From NCBI GenBank assembly GCA_024137785.1, contig JAHRHZ010000053.1:5737806-5801805 (forward strand): a stretch of 64,000 bases of DNA, in the 5' to 3' direction. A model generated the notes under the pieces. The model did no database searches and was not told the origin of the DNA. It was given only the letters and a program-made list of their open reading frames with translations. Source of the stretch: Ginglymostoma cirratum. Its lineage: Eukaryota. Made by a program: the position numbers and the translations under genes. Shown in pieces: positions 12,081 to 25,518 of this stretch (positions are counted from its first letter, which is position 1; each line of letters opens with the position of its first letter).

Positions 12081-12781
12081 AGAAGAATTGAAAAATAGAA
12101 GAAAAGAAGACATATACTTGGAGTAAGCACAGTAACAAGTCAAGGAATGTAACATTACAACAGATTTAGGGGCATAACAGTTTCTGATGGATCTTCATTG
12201 CTTGTGAAGCAATGATCCAAGAGTTTCTGATTGAAAGTTCACTGTCAAAATTCCAAATGTTTCAAACAAATTTCCAAAAGTAATTCTCAACTCCTGAGGC
12301 GGTGAAAGCAGAGCAAATATTTTGACTGAAACTAAAGTGGTATTTGAGATGCTTTCATCAAACAAAATCTTTTCATCTGGCAAGAGAATGTCAGATTCTG
12401 TTTTGTTCTGTTAATGAAAAAAAGGAGTATCAGCCATGGCTTATTGCAACAAGCACTGCCAGTTTAAACAATCTAACACTTCAGTTAGATAGTTCAGAAA
12501 CACGTAAGCTGGAGCATCACATTCTACAAGATCTTTAAAGCTTGTAACATATTAACCCTTTGACTACTGAATTTCATTGCTTATGAACCTCGTAACAATT
12601 ACATAAATCAGAAATAACAACACATTGCTTTCTGATATTTTGTGTCCAGAGTTTTGCTCTGTGTGGAAACAGAGTAAAGCAATGCATTGAAATTGTATGA
12701 GCACATGAGTTGCCTCCTTTGAAATTATTCTCTCTGCTAGAACAGTGGAGTCATTCAACCATTTGAAGGAACTAGCCTCTT

Positions 12782-13378
12782 TTATATTCACTCATTGGAT
12801 GTAAGTGCCACTGACCGGGTCAACATTTATTGCCTTTCACTAATTACACTTGAAAAGGTATTGGTGAGCTGCCTTTTTGAACCACTGCAATCCATTTGCT
12901 GTAAGAAGACCCATGATGCTGTTCAGGTGAGAATTTCAGGTTTTTGACCCGGTGACAGTGAAAGAACAACAATATATTCCTAAGTCAGGACGATGAGCAG
13001 TTTGAAGAGGAACTTGCAGGGCTTTATGTTCCCATGTGTCTGCCGTGCTTATCCTGCTCGATACAAGTGGTCCTGGGATTGGAAGGCATGGTCTAAGGAT
13101 CTTTGCTGCCTGGATGGGTGCATCTCCAGCACTATCCAGGACAAAGCAGTCTGCTTGATTGGCACCTTATTTATGAACATCCATTCCCTTCACCAACTAT
13201 GGATCATACACACCAACAGTACACACCATCTACAAGACGCACAACAGAAATTCATCAAATATCCTCAGACAGCACCTTCCAAAATCATAACCATGTCCAC
13301 CTAGAAGGACAAGGGCAATTAGGGACAAGCAACAAATGCTGGCCAGCCAGCGATGCCCACATCCTATAAATGAATTTA
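12782..13378. mobile_element. Two divergently oriented 3' fragments of the second LINE family joined directly
   Basis: 12782-13103 is the reverse-complemented 3' end. 13104-13378 is forward (STIQDKAVCLIGT) and ends in ccagcgatgcccacatcc...gaattt. Confidence 0.75.
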
Positions 13379-13959
13379 ACAGAAGCCCATTGCTATTTTA
13401 TTGTGATTATTGCCTATTGCATGCCTGAAAATAGGCACAGTATCTATTAGTTTTACTCCTGCTGATCTGACAACATGGAGTCAATGGAGATGTCAAGAGA
13501 TGTGATGGACAAGTACAATATGATGTTTTCAGTTATAATGTGGGAGTTGACACCAACAGTAACATGTAGATGATGAAGAAAAATGAACTAATTATAGATC
13601 ATTGAAGGAGTTGAGAGGTAATGGTCCAATGCTGGAAAGGTAAGACATTGATAGCAACCTTTAACTATGCAAGATTGAAACCAAACAAGAACAATCCGTC
13701 TCAGTTGGAAGGACGTGTCAAATGATCCTGAGTGTGGGATAAGAACAAGAGCATGTTGTTCACCAAGATTGTTACCATTGAGGATATAACTTTGCATATT
13801 GATACTCCAGTATTCTGAGACAGACAAAAACAGTTTGGAGCAATTGTAAGGTAAGAAATTCAGCAACAAAATTGCACACAACTGACACTCACAAGCAAAA
13901 ATACCATAATGTACGGCTAAACTTTTTCAGTGAAATCAGTGCATGACAAATGCTGGTCT

Positions 13960-14185
13960 GGACTCCAGTCTTTGAAATTTATTATGGGATCATTTACATC
14001 CAAGAGTGAGATCCTAGTGTAATCATTTTAGTGTCTCGCCCAAAAGACAAAACCTCCAATGGGCCAACAATCTCCAAGTTCTAAGCTGGAATGTCAACCA
14101 AGATTTTGCACTCAAGTCTCCAGAACTGGACTTGAACTATCACTCTGCAACTTAAATGTGAATGTATTACTGCTGGATTATAGTC
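13960..14185 (-). mobile_element. Deu-domain-type SINE remnant
   Basis: gatttt-gcactcaagtctccagaactggacttgaac resembles the reversed head/Deu region of SacSINE/AmnSINE-like SINEs; similar to 53050-53135. Confidence 0.55.
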
Positions 14186-14859
14186 AAACACAGCATGAAA
14201 AAGATGGACAGAATTTGAAGAGATAGTGTAAGCTAGTACTGTGATTATACAGGGAAATTAGGTCATCAATGATTGAGTAGAATTCAGATCAAAAATTAGT
14301 TGGAAATTTCATTCACGGCATTCTTAATCTGAACTCTATAGTCCTGCCATATCCAATTGTGGATGTTGGTGGACATTAAATAACTCATGGGAGGAGGCTC
14401 CAAATATATCCATACCCTCAGTGACAAGTTCTCCTAGTGCTAAAAGTTATGTGATTGTCCAGATTCACTATATAGCCGTTGTCCAGTTGATCGTCAGGTT
14501 TTCCAAATATTTGCCATCAACATCTTGAAGATCTTATTTTTGTACAGATGGGCACCATTGCTAACTACAATGTAAGATTTGCCTCCAGCAGAATATTTTA
14601 CCAGATTTGGCAATGCTTATGTTATCAAGAGTGATCATAGGCAACAAACCAACAATATCATGCCATGTGGAAATGTGGTTAGTTTAAATAGCTCAAACTC
14701 ATTTAGGTTAAGTTTCTGGTGACATTCACGTAGCCACCCGGCAGGGCTCAATTTCCTAATTGCTAATTACACCATCCAAAAGTAAGGCCCGGGGATATGG
14801 TCGTATCCAGTGAAAGATATTGTTAAGAAACATTCATTTGTCTGGAAAGAGAGCAGTGA

Positions 14860-15000
14860 TGAGACACAGACCTTGAAGGTCTTGCTGGGAATTTTAGCCA
14901 GATGGATCAGGAGAGATGTGCTATGTTGGACAAGTAGATAGAAGAAACCCATTTCCCGAAAAGGAAGGAGTGGATTGAAGTGGCTGAGGAAGTGAGCAGC
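14860..15000 (+). pseudogene. Decayed Myb/SANT-like ORF remnant, probably from a PIF/Harbinger transposon
   Basis: Frameshifted translation LKVLLGILARWIRRDVL...KEWIEVAEEVSS fits the 'L..LL..V..R.DVL...W..VA..VS' Myb/SANT-like pattern. Confidence 0.45.
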
Positions 15001-15944
15001 AAAACCCTTACCCTATCTATCACTTTCAGGTACTGGCTAAACGGCTGCGCACTGCCAGTATTTTCTCTTTGCATTTCCTCCATGTTATGTTTGCCTTTAT
15101 TACCTCAAGGATTGTCATCTCCAAATGCCTGTTTTAATTCTTCTGCTGCATAACATATCCCCTATATACAAATACTTAAGAAAAAGAATGACGGTGTGGA
15201 ATTTTTGGGCTCTGGCCTTACAATAACATTAAATGGTTTTTCATGCTTTTGTCATTGTTCTTTTTTAAATGAGACAGCAATGTTTAATTTGGTCATGAAA
15301 TATGTAAAATAGTAGATGCTCCATTTACCAGTGTAGATGTATTTTTACCATGATGATCGCAAAAATGCTGCTACGTCAAATCTAAATACCAATAGCTGAC
15401 AATTATCCATAAAACTGTCATGAAACAACAGCTAAAATGTAGTTATATTATTCCCAATAGACTCGGTGACCTTCTTTTCTTCAATTATAGACAAAATACT
15501 ACGCAGCATAGATTGTTTTGCACAGGCATTTCGGGATGAAGATCCCCAGAAGTTACTAGTTGCCATCTGTTCAGCCGATTTGTGAAGGCCACATAAAACA
15601 AAATAGATACCAGAAACTGAATCGATTGCCCCAAACTTGGTGATTCATTTGAACAACATTGATATTTCAGTCCAAGCTGCAAGCACGTAAACACTCATAT
15701 TTGTTCCTCAGTGTTAACTTAGTATCTGGAGTCCAAAAGGCTGCATTTTATGTAGGAGACAGCAAAGCTTACACGACACTTTTTTTTTCTTGTATGGACG
15801 TAAGCACAGTCCGTTGTTAGCCTCTATGTCAGTGTAAAGGATTGATCATAACTTTAGTTTTGCTGGCATTAAATATCTTTGTCCTATCACAGATCTTGTT
15901 GAGAATCTCTTTGCAGAAGGAGTCTTGTGATATCTTTTCTTGTC

Positions 15945-16275
15945 TGTTCAGAGGGCATCACTTACCAGAGCAGCACTTATTGCCCATCTCGAATCACCCT
16001 GTCATGTGTGGTGGTGAGCTGCCTTCTTGAACCACTGCATTCCTCGATGTGGAGACATACCCATTGCGCTGATAGGAAGAGAATTCCAGGACTTTAATCC
16101 AATGGCAGTGAAGAAATGGCAAAATAGTTCAAAGTCAGTGTGGTGGTCATGTTGGAGGGAATCTTCTGGCTGGTGATATTCCCATGCATCCGCTGCCTTT
16201 GTACACCTAAATGGTAGAGGTCATGAGGTTGGAAGATGTTGTCAAAAGAACACAACATGCTGCTGCAATGAATTG
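15945..16275 (-). mobile_element. Second LINE family 3' fragment
   Basis: Homologous by eye to 12782-13103 and 61410-61760. Confidence 0.75.
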
Positions 16276-16749
16276 ATGTATTTAAAAGGAAGCTCGATGC
16301 ATATGTCACTAAAAAAATGAACACAGGTATATACAGAAAAGATATTTGAAACTGGTAATTGGTGTGGGAAGAGAGTCATTAAGCATATTCCAGATCAATT
16401 TACTGTGCTTTTCCTCTGCTGTATTTTCAGTGTAATCAAACATAAATATATGTAACAATAAAATAATAAAACAGTGTACATCACCTGCATCTTTCAGGGA
16501 GACAGGGATATGGAATTATTTATCAGATGTCTTGGATATTGTTTAAAGGCAGGTAAAAGTTCTTGCACTCTGGCTTCAGGTAACAAACAAAGGTGTAAAG
16601 TGGCTAGAAGAAAACCAGAGAGAGTGAGGATTTTCCCATCCATTGGAAATCACAAAACTCTAAACCCTCCAGATGATAGCTCTATCATCACTGGGAAGGG
16701 GTCACTGCATCATTTACCTTCTTCTATATTCCTCAAAATGGTTGATCCT

Positions 16750-17240
16750 GCACTAGCCTAGGTGGCAACCTGAGACCAGGCTAACATGATCTAGTATTGT
16801 GGTCTCCTGTGCTGGCTCTGGAGGACATGAACATCCAGCAGTGCATCACGTCGTCCAGCAGGACAAGGTCCCTGTCCTCGACACGGGACATCAAATTTTC
16901 CTTGTGTGCCATGTCTAGAGCAAGTGTTAAGATCTGTGCAGGGCAGCCCTGAACTGACAGTGCTTTTCCAAGGGGCACAACAGCCATGTAAAGATGGGAC
17001 TGGCACCGGGGATGCCAGTCAATTCTGGCATCACCCCGCTGAAGTCATTTGTTCCAGGAAAAGGTATGTGATAAGATAGGGCTAGGTTGACATGTGCAGA
17101 ATGTCATCAGGTCGAGGTAAGTCTGTAATGAGACAAGTTCGGTAAGATACAGTGAGAAATCTCTTTTGGCCTTGTGCTGAAAAGCCTTCCATATACGCAA
17201 CACACCTGCACTTAACCAAAAAATGTAAGCTCCATTCCCA
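16750..17240 (-). pseudogene. Harbinger-like transposon end with decayed Myb/SANT-like ORF
   Basis: Minus-strand translation across a frameshift: MAHKENLMSRVEDRDLVLLDDVM...RRPQY*IMLAWSQVAT*AS. GC-richer than flanks. Confidence 0.5.
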
Positions 17241-17509
17241 CGATTAGAGCAAGCAAGAGATATGGAATTAAGGTGATAGTGGCTAGTGGGTTAAGAGGTG
17301 GTTGGGAGAATGCTGGAAAACAAAAAAATAACAATTAAGAACGTTTTCAAGTAGTCCATAGTTCTATTCAGGTATTATTTCTGCTCACCTGTCTGTTTTA
17401 GTGATTTGTATATACGGCTACGGAGAGTGATGTCTAAACTTCTAGGTTGTACCAATGTCGAAAATAAATAACAACAATTTCTAAAAACCAGAGGAAGCCT
17501 CAAGGGGAT

Positions 17510-18250
17510 ACTGAAATTGATTTTGGAATAGATGAACAAAGTGGCAGATGGGTCTCAAATGCAATAAGTGTGAGGTGCTATATTTTAGCTAAAATAATGC
17601 AGGATTAATTATATTGTGAATGATGCAAAGAGGAAAGGGGTTTGGGAATTAATGCTTACAGGACGTTAAAGAAGTTCCTCAATTGAATTGGGCCACAAAA
17701 ATAATTGATTGCTGAGTTGTTTGGTGAGAAGTATCATTAAAATTGATAGTTAGCTATAAATGTTGTGACTTAATGGTGAATCTGTATACAACCTCAATAA
17801 GATCACACCAGCTAATTGCTGAATAGTGTGTGATTCTAGGGTTCACTCTCAAAGAAGACTACTGTCTGATGAAGAAATACAAAGATAAAGAATGACTTGG
17901 AAAAAGAATTGAGTCTTTCTTTGGGAGAAACATGGGAGAGGTTAGATTAAAAATAGATTTAAAATAAAACTCCACAATTCAGGACAGTGAAGGAGATTGA
18001 TGAGCAACTAGGTCAGGGGGTTTCAAACTATGAATGGATGCAAATTGTAGTTAGAAGCTGGCAGTTTCCTGGGATAAAAGATTCTAGAATGTGGGGACTT
18101 AAATATAGGAGGTTTAGGATAGAGAGCAGAATAAACCTTTGATTATAAAGTTTGGCTGTAAGACTGTAGAATGCATGATCAGAGTCAAACATTGGAACAG
18201 AAATCATGCCAAGATCAGAACTGGTTAAATATATAGTGAAAGGAATGCGA
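17510..18250 (+). mobile_element. Very old CR1-type LINE remnant
   Basis: aaagtggcagatg...aataagtgtgaggtgctatatttt is the degenerate KWQM.FN..KCEV.HF motif. Confidence 0.55.
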
Positions 18251-19979
18251 TGTACTGAGAATTGGAAAAGGAGCCATGTGCCATTAGAAATACCTTATTT
18301 GCGAAAGAGAAACATCAATGCATGCTGATGGGATCAAAAAGCGTGCTTCTGCCTCTTAGTTTTTATGAAGTTTTCTTATTCCAATGATCTGTGTGATTGC
18401 CGCATTACACAATAAAAGTTAGTACTGGTTCGAGTTTATACATTGAGGTGTTTGTGAGAGTTAGATAACAGGCCGTTTCATAATCAATTCCCTTCTTTTA
18501 TTTTTCATAATGATTAAAGTGCTGTGAGCATGGTTCCAGTTGTGAGTCTGGCAGAAGCCTATGTCCTTGTCAAGGCCATTCCAGGGCACAGTCAGAGTAT
18601 TTTTACAAATAATCTGGGCGTACTCCTGGGAGTTTGGGCTGTAAACATCAAGGGGATTTATCAAGATTCCATGCAGTGTAGCGGAATGTAGGAAACTGAA
18701 GTCTGGGGATGGGATGCATTCTATTGTGATTATGAGAGTGAAGGGGATGGGGGAGGCAACTCCAAATATAAGAGGAGCATAGGCGGCTGGGGGATTGTGC
18801 AGCAGAATGAGATTTGCACATGTCATCACTACAAGCAGGCATTGGATTGTAGAATAGGCATTAGGCCAAGGACAGGGGGAGCATTGGGGATATGGACCAT
18901 TAAATAGAAGGGCTGGCTGGGAATGTGGGGAGCATGAAAGGGTTTACAGGAACAGCAACACAAACCAGTAGAAGAAATTTTAGGGGGACATCTTGAATTT
19001 CAGATGGAGGCTAGAACTCACTCACAAGAGCATGATCTGGATAGCTTGCTCAAGTTGCTCAATAAGGAATGAAAAATAGCTGTCAACACACACACAGTGG
19101 ATGGGGTAGTTTCATTTTCTTTTGATTGTGAGGATTGAGGTGTTTATTTTTTTTCCGAGAGGTCCAGATTGATGTTGAGAATGGCACCTTGAGTAGGTGT
19201 GCACTCTCTTTGTCATCACATTGGTAGTATGAACCTTTGCCCCACAGAAATGTGTATTCATAAATGATCATATAGTCACACACACATGTCTCTTGATGAG
19301 CAAAAAGTCTCTAATCTGGCCACTATCTGGGTTCAGGCTAGCTGGGAAGGGGATTGCTGTCTCCTTTGATGATCCACAAGAAAGCCGATGACCCTCTTGT
19401 TCACCATCCTGATCACCAGCATCATCTTTTCCTGAAGCAGGGTGCCAATGTCCTTTCTGCAACTTCTTGTTGCCAAAAATAGTGCAGCAGCAGCAGACTG
19501 TGAGGAACAATTTCAGGTTTGCAGCATCTGAAATGGTGCACAGCTGGGACTTCAACATGGCACCAAAGGAATAAAGTTCCAGCAGCAACGAGCCCTTTGG
19601 TCTCTGCCATCTCATGATTGAACACGACGGGCAATATGCAACTAAATGTACGTGGGATGAGCAACAGAAGATTGTATGAGAAAAGTCACCATGGGCCATG
19701 GCAGGTGGCCTCGGCCTCATTGAAACTCCCAGAAAATAACACTTAACACAAAAAATGGGAAAATTTCAACCCATAGTTTCTGATCTGGTTAGTACGTAGA
19801 TTCATAATAAGACTTCCAAATCTGCTGATTATAGATATGCACCAAACTCTGTTGCTTCATAGTTTGACATTATAGAGATGCGAGGAATATAAATGACAGG
19901 ACGGTCAAAAGGACTAGAATTTGCATCAGTCTATCTGTGCTGCTATCATACAAGGAAGCTTCATACTGGAAAATGTAGT

Positions 19980-20205
19980 CTTTTTTATTGAATTCTATAA
20001 AAAACACTTGGAGTTAAGAGTCTGATGATGACCACAAAGCCATTATTCATTGTTGGAGAAACCCCTCTGGTTCACTAATGTCCTTTAAAAAAGGAAAGAG
20101 CTGACCTTATCTAGTCTGGCTTGCATGTGACTCTAGACCCATAGCATTGTGGTTGACTCCTAACTGCCCTACGAACAATTAGGAATGAGTAATAAATGCT
20201 GTCTC
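19980..20205 (+). mobile_element. SINE fragment sharing its tail with the second LINE family
   Basis: Reverse complement of the element at 31995-32325; ends in aataaatgct. Confidence 0.75.
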
Positions 20206-20529
20206 AGAAAGACAAGAAGCAAATTGATGCTGAGGACAAATGATTGAGATCAAATAGACTAGCCTGAATAATTTTTAAAAGATGGTGGAATATTTAAGAC
20301 GCAAGGAATTTTAAGCAAACCTTAAACCATTTTGTATTGGGATTTCTCCAGCATATGCAATATGCTGCTCTTTTTCTAAATTTCATTGTTCTTTTACCTC
20401 ATTTGTTCCTGCCAAAGATGAAATACTGCGATAATTTCCTGCGTTCTCACTTTGTTGAAATCAAGACTTTTTTATACCCACATTCATCTTCCCAAGAGCC
20501 TCTGTGGAATTCAATGATCACCCTCTCCT

Positions 20530-21562
20530 CAATGGAGGCATTAGATGTAGCAAAGACTATTGGCCCTGACAAAATTCTGACAAGTACTGAAGACTCGTGC
20601 TCCATGTATCAAATCAAACTGACTCATTGTAACTACAACCCCGGATTCTACCTATCAATGGGGAAAATTGCGTGGGTGCTTGCTGTATACATAAAACACA
20701 ACAAGTCTAATCAGGCCAATTACTGTTCATCAGTCTACAGTTAATCACATGGAAGTGATGGAAGGTGTCAACAATAATGCTATCAAGCAGTACTTGCTTT
20801 GCAATAACCTATCTATTGATGCTCAGTTTGGGTTCCTCCAAGTTCTCTCAGCTCCTGACCTCATTACAACCTGGATTCAAACATGGACAACAGAGCTCAG
20901 ATGAGTTTAGAGTGACTGGCCAAGACATCAAGTCTGCACTTGACAGAGTGTGGCTCTGAGGTGGTCTAGCAAAACTGGAGCCTATGAGAGTCAATGGAAA
21001 AACTGTCGACTGGTTGAAGTCATACACAGCACAAGGATTGTGGTTGAGGCTAGTCATTAGTGGTCAGTCATTGAGGTCATTTCTGCAGGAGTTTCTCAGG
21101 GTGGTGTTCTTGGCCAGACCATCTTCAGCTTTTTCATCAATAACCTTGCCTATCTCATAAAGCCAGGTGGCTAGTGACGATTTCACCATGATCAGAACTA
21201 TTCGTAATTTCTCACACAATAAAAAAAGTCGATCTCTAAATAATGGAAGACTTGGGCAATATTCAGATTTAGGCTAACAAGTGATAGGCAGCATTTTCAT
21301 TATACAAATATCAGGAAATGGCCATCTCCAGCGAGAGAGAATTTAACTATTATTCCTTACCATCACCAAATGCCCTACCATCAACATCCTGAGGATTACC
21401 ATTGCCTAGAAACTGAACTGGAATAGCCATATTAATACAGTGGCCATAAGAACAGATCTGAGATTATGAATCCTTCAGTGAGTAACTCACCTCCTGACTC
21501 CCAAAGCTTCTTCACTATCTATAAGGCACAAGTCAGGACTGCGATAAAATACATGCCACTTG
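20530..21562 (+). mobile_element. Second LINE family, RT-domain remnant
   Basis: Degenerate motifs DIKSALDRVW, GVSQGGVLGQTIFSFFIN, IYKAQVR. Confidence 0.85.
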
Positions 21563-21619
21563 GAGTTACAGTTTTAAAATAGGGAACTTCCTATTGATGT
21601 TACATTTGGTCTATTCATT

Positions 21620-22620
21620 TAAGTCATTGTTATAGAATATAAATAGTTGAGAGGTAAGCATTGACTCTGTTTGAACTCCACTTATTACCTCTTGCCAACC
21701 TGAAAATGATCCATTTACTCTCTGTTCCTTGTTAGCTAACCTTATTAGCTCTTAATTTGTGTGGTACATTTTGATTTGGCATCTTATAAAATGCCTTCTG
21801 GAATCCAAATGCAGTACTTCTGCATGCTCCCCTTTATCTACATCATTCGTCACTTCATCAAAGTATTCTGATAAATTAGCGAAACATGATTCATATTTCA
21901 CAATATTAGACTGATCCTGCTCAATTGTTTTGGGATTTCCTAAGTATCCTATAGATTCCGATATCTTTCCGGTAACCAATGTTAAGCTAACTGACCTGCA
22001 GTTCCTACTTTCAACCTCGCTCCTTTCTTGAGCCGAGGAATTTTACTTCCTATATTTCAACCTGACAGGACTTTTCCAGAGTCAAAGAGCAATAAAGCAG
22101 GTGCATCTAATATTCAGCAGTTACCTCTTTTAAGTCTAGGATGAAGTCAATCAAGAACTGGGAACTAGTCAATATTTAATTCTAATTTATTTTTAGTACC
22201 ATTTCCATGGCGATTGTAATTTTTAAAAAAGTTCCTCCCTCCCTATTCTCTCATGATTTACAATTACTTCTGAGATGTTATTTTTAACCTTTACATAGAA
22301 GATGGGGAAAATATCTGTCCAATCCATTCATCATTTCTTATTTTACATTAATTCCACAGACTTGATTTCCAAAGGACCATCATATACTTCAGTTACTATT
22401 TTTCTTTTTAAAAACCGGTTGAAAATACAGTGTATATATTTCTAGCATCTTCTAGCCACGTAATTACTACTGTTTTATCATCTTCAGACTTTCACTGCTA
22501 CTTTTTATATTCCATCCAATCTTCTGACCTGTCACTTACATTTGCAGACTTATATGCTTCTTCCTTCAATTTGACATTATCTTAAATGGCCTTAATTGCC
22601 CACAGATAGTGCATCCTCCT
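21620..22620 (-). mobile_element. CR1 LINE RT remnant
   Basis: ORF 21752..21979: SCFANLSEYFDEVTNDVDKGEHAEVLHLD (CR1 RT motif). Confidence 0.85.
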
Positions 22621-24851
22621 CTTTCATTGCAGTATTTTTGTGAGCAGCCATTGTGGTGAAAGTTTGTGGCTTTCATACCATTCCTAAAAGCGAAGTGTAA
22701 ATCATAACCATTTTGACTTCAGTTCTGAATTTGTTGTTGTACTGTCATATTGTCAGCTTCCTGAAGGAAAATCTAAGAGTTACATTGGGAAGAAATTGGT
22801 GTTACCTATTGAATGCTTGGTTAATTCTACCAATACAATGCCCCAGCATTGAATGGAGGGCAAGTTATATTTGGAGAACTAAGTCTTGTTAAAGACATAT
22901 AGTTCACTCTGTTTTACATGTTGCATATTTATTCATTGTCAGCAAAACTGAAATGTTGTTTCCCCCACCATGAAAGTGATAATTATTTATTCATGTATGT
23001 GAGGATAATAAAGTCACTGACTTGCCATGATTAATTTCTGTTATTTTTCAGAGTACATCAGGGATTACAAAAGTAAATTTGCACCTTCACGACCTATACA
23101 ATCTATCAGACCATCAAATAACCCTTCAGAGGCTCATAGCATGCAACAATCTCCTCTGCCCATTTAATATGCAGATGGTAAGGATAAAAGTCCTTCTATT
23201 TTTTTCCGAGTTTGTTCCTTACAGCATGTTTTTTCTACACATTCGTAGAGCCGTAAACCCATTTTTGACTTCCATAGCCTTATGCAAACAGTAAATCTGC
23301 TGCATCGCTTGTAAGGATTGTGAGAGTATGCGCACAATGATGATTAATGCTACACTGTTCTTCTAGATATAACATACGAATCATAAAAAGGCTTGTTGAA
23401 ACAATAATGTTGGGCTATTCATGTGAAGATAAGGCTATATGTGGATTATATTCATTGGGAGCTGAGTACAATACTTTTAAGTTCTACCGCTGATCCTTTA
23501 GACAGAATGACAAGTGATAGCATTAACAGGTCAAATCCACTCAAGATATCCAATGTTTAGTAGCTTTTTAAGATATGCTTTCCTAAAGCTGTATGCTCCT
23601 CATATTGCAAAACTAATGCCATCTTCACAATAAATCCTTTAATACCACAATTGTTGTCAATTTGTTCACTGTCTATAATACTACACTTTCCCTCCATTCA
23701 TTTTTTCCTCATTTATTTCTTCTATAATGCAAAGAAATGCACCTGGATCTCCAAACGCCTCCACTAAAACAGACTGATAGTACTGACACTGATGGTACTG
23801 GCAGGGAACTGAAAATAATTAGTTATAAAGGCAGGATGCACTACCTCTTGAGAACAACCTTACTACTTGAAACTTCTGTTTTCTCCAGATGTTCCAATCA
23901 CAAAGCAAGAGAAAGAATTAACCCTCAGACCCTGTGGCTGTAGGAACTTGAAAGACAATTCAAGACATATCAGTTACCTGGAGCGTCAATCATGGGCTAT
24001 TCCCTTCAGAGCTCTTGTAACAGTAGGATGCAAAATAAATGTCAGAGCTTTACGCACAGCTCAACACACTGTCATGACAGGAATGCAATGCACCAGGTAA
24101 ACTGTTATAATAGAACTGTAAAACATTGTTTAATTTGGTGTGGCAGATGTTCAAACTACCTTGAAAATTGCAGTGACTCTGGCTTCTGCTGTCTGAGAGA
24201 TTTTTTGAACTACTAAAGTGAAAGAATCTTCCAGAAAGATCCATCCTAATGAGGTTAAGAGTGCTCTGCAGTGTACGTGGGAGAGCAAGCATTTTATTGA
24301 GTTTTTATTCTGGGATGCTTTGTCAAAAACAACTGAGATGTTGGAAATGTATCTTCAATATGCTTACATTATGTTTAGTATCTCTGTGGTATAAGTCTCC
24401 TATTGATTAGAAAATAGGCAATATGCAAATAGCTTTTTTATGCAGTATGAAAAACAAAGAAAATTGCAGGTGCATGTGATTTTAGAACAGGTAATTTGAA
24501 AATGTGATTCCTTTGGTGATTTTAATGAGTGACAACCTATCATAATATATCTGAAATAATGAAACTTTAATATTTCTGGAGAAGTAAATGAAGCATTTAT
24601 CCAGCATAATGTAATTTGGTTTACCTATGCAGCTGTGAGATACTGGGGAGATTTCTTGTTAGAAAATCCCTATTTCAGAGGCTGTGACGAAGAAAAAAAT
24701 TGCATAAATTCAATAATATTTCATCTAATCTCTTTTTGGAGGGATAGCATGAGACACCCAAAATATTCCCTCACTTTTTTTAAAGGTAGAATAAGCCAAA
24801 CTATTTAAATATGGTACAAACTGAAAGACTTTGAAGCTTATAGTACAAATA

Positions 24852-24895
24852 TACAACCTCATCCAAATCCTGAGCTACAAACCTTCTTGAAAACT
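24852..24895 (+). mobile_element. Very short Penelope 3'-terminal remnant
   Basis: tacaacctcatccaaatcctgagctacaaaccttcttgaaaact matches the terminus of the PLE at 27190-27232. Confidence 0.6.
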
Positions 24896-25261
24896 TTAAG
24901 TATAAGAAAAATCCCATTAACTGCAAGCCTTCTTTTCCAGATTCCCAAAAACACAGTCCTCACATCAGAGAAATTCTCTTCCTCTATTGCCTCCATTCAC
25001 TTAAAGTAACTGTGACTTCAATTCCCAGTCTTGATAATCTGATAATGTCTTCCTTGGGTCTTGATACACCTGAGTTTAAATGTTCATAGCTCCAAATAAT
25101 TTCTTAAAGGATTTATGCAAAAACATCCTGCCTGGAAGCATTGCAAAATTCCTACTCAGAACAATCTATTCTCACTACCTTCTCCCTTTCTCAGGACCAA
25201 CCCCTTTACACCTCCTTATGTTCAAGCATTCTACAAAACTACTCCAGGCTGAAAGTGGAAT

Positions 25262-25518
25262 GATATGGTAGCTCAGTGGTTAGTGCTGTTACCTCACAGA
25301 TTCAGTTCTAGCTTTGGGTGATTGTCTGTATGGAGTTTGCACATTCTCCCCACACCTCCACATGTTTCCTGTGGGTGCCCTGGTTTCATCTCACAGTCCA
25401 ATGATGTGCAGGTTAGGTGTATTGGCCATGGAAAATGCCCCTAGTGTGCAGGGTTGGTGGATTCTCTTCCAAGGGTTGGTGTGGACTTGATAGGCTGAAT
25501 GACTGTAGGGCTTCTATG
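25262..25518 (+). mobile_element. HE1-like SINE
   Basis: tggtagctcagtggttag A-box, tggagtttgcacattctcccc core, ttctatg tail. Confidence 0.85.

Noticed and set aside
19268-19720. 150-aa minus-strand ORF as a host exon
   Set aside because: No recognisable homology or clear splice signals; more likely decayed transposon sequence.
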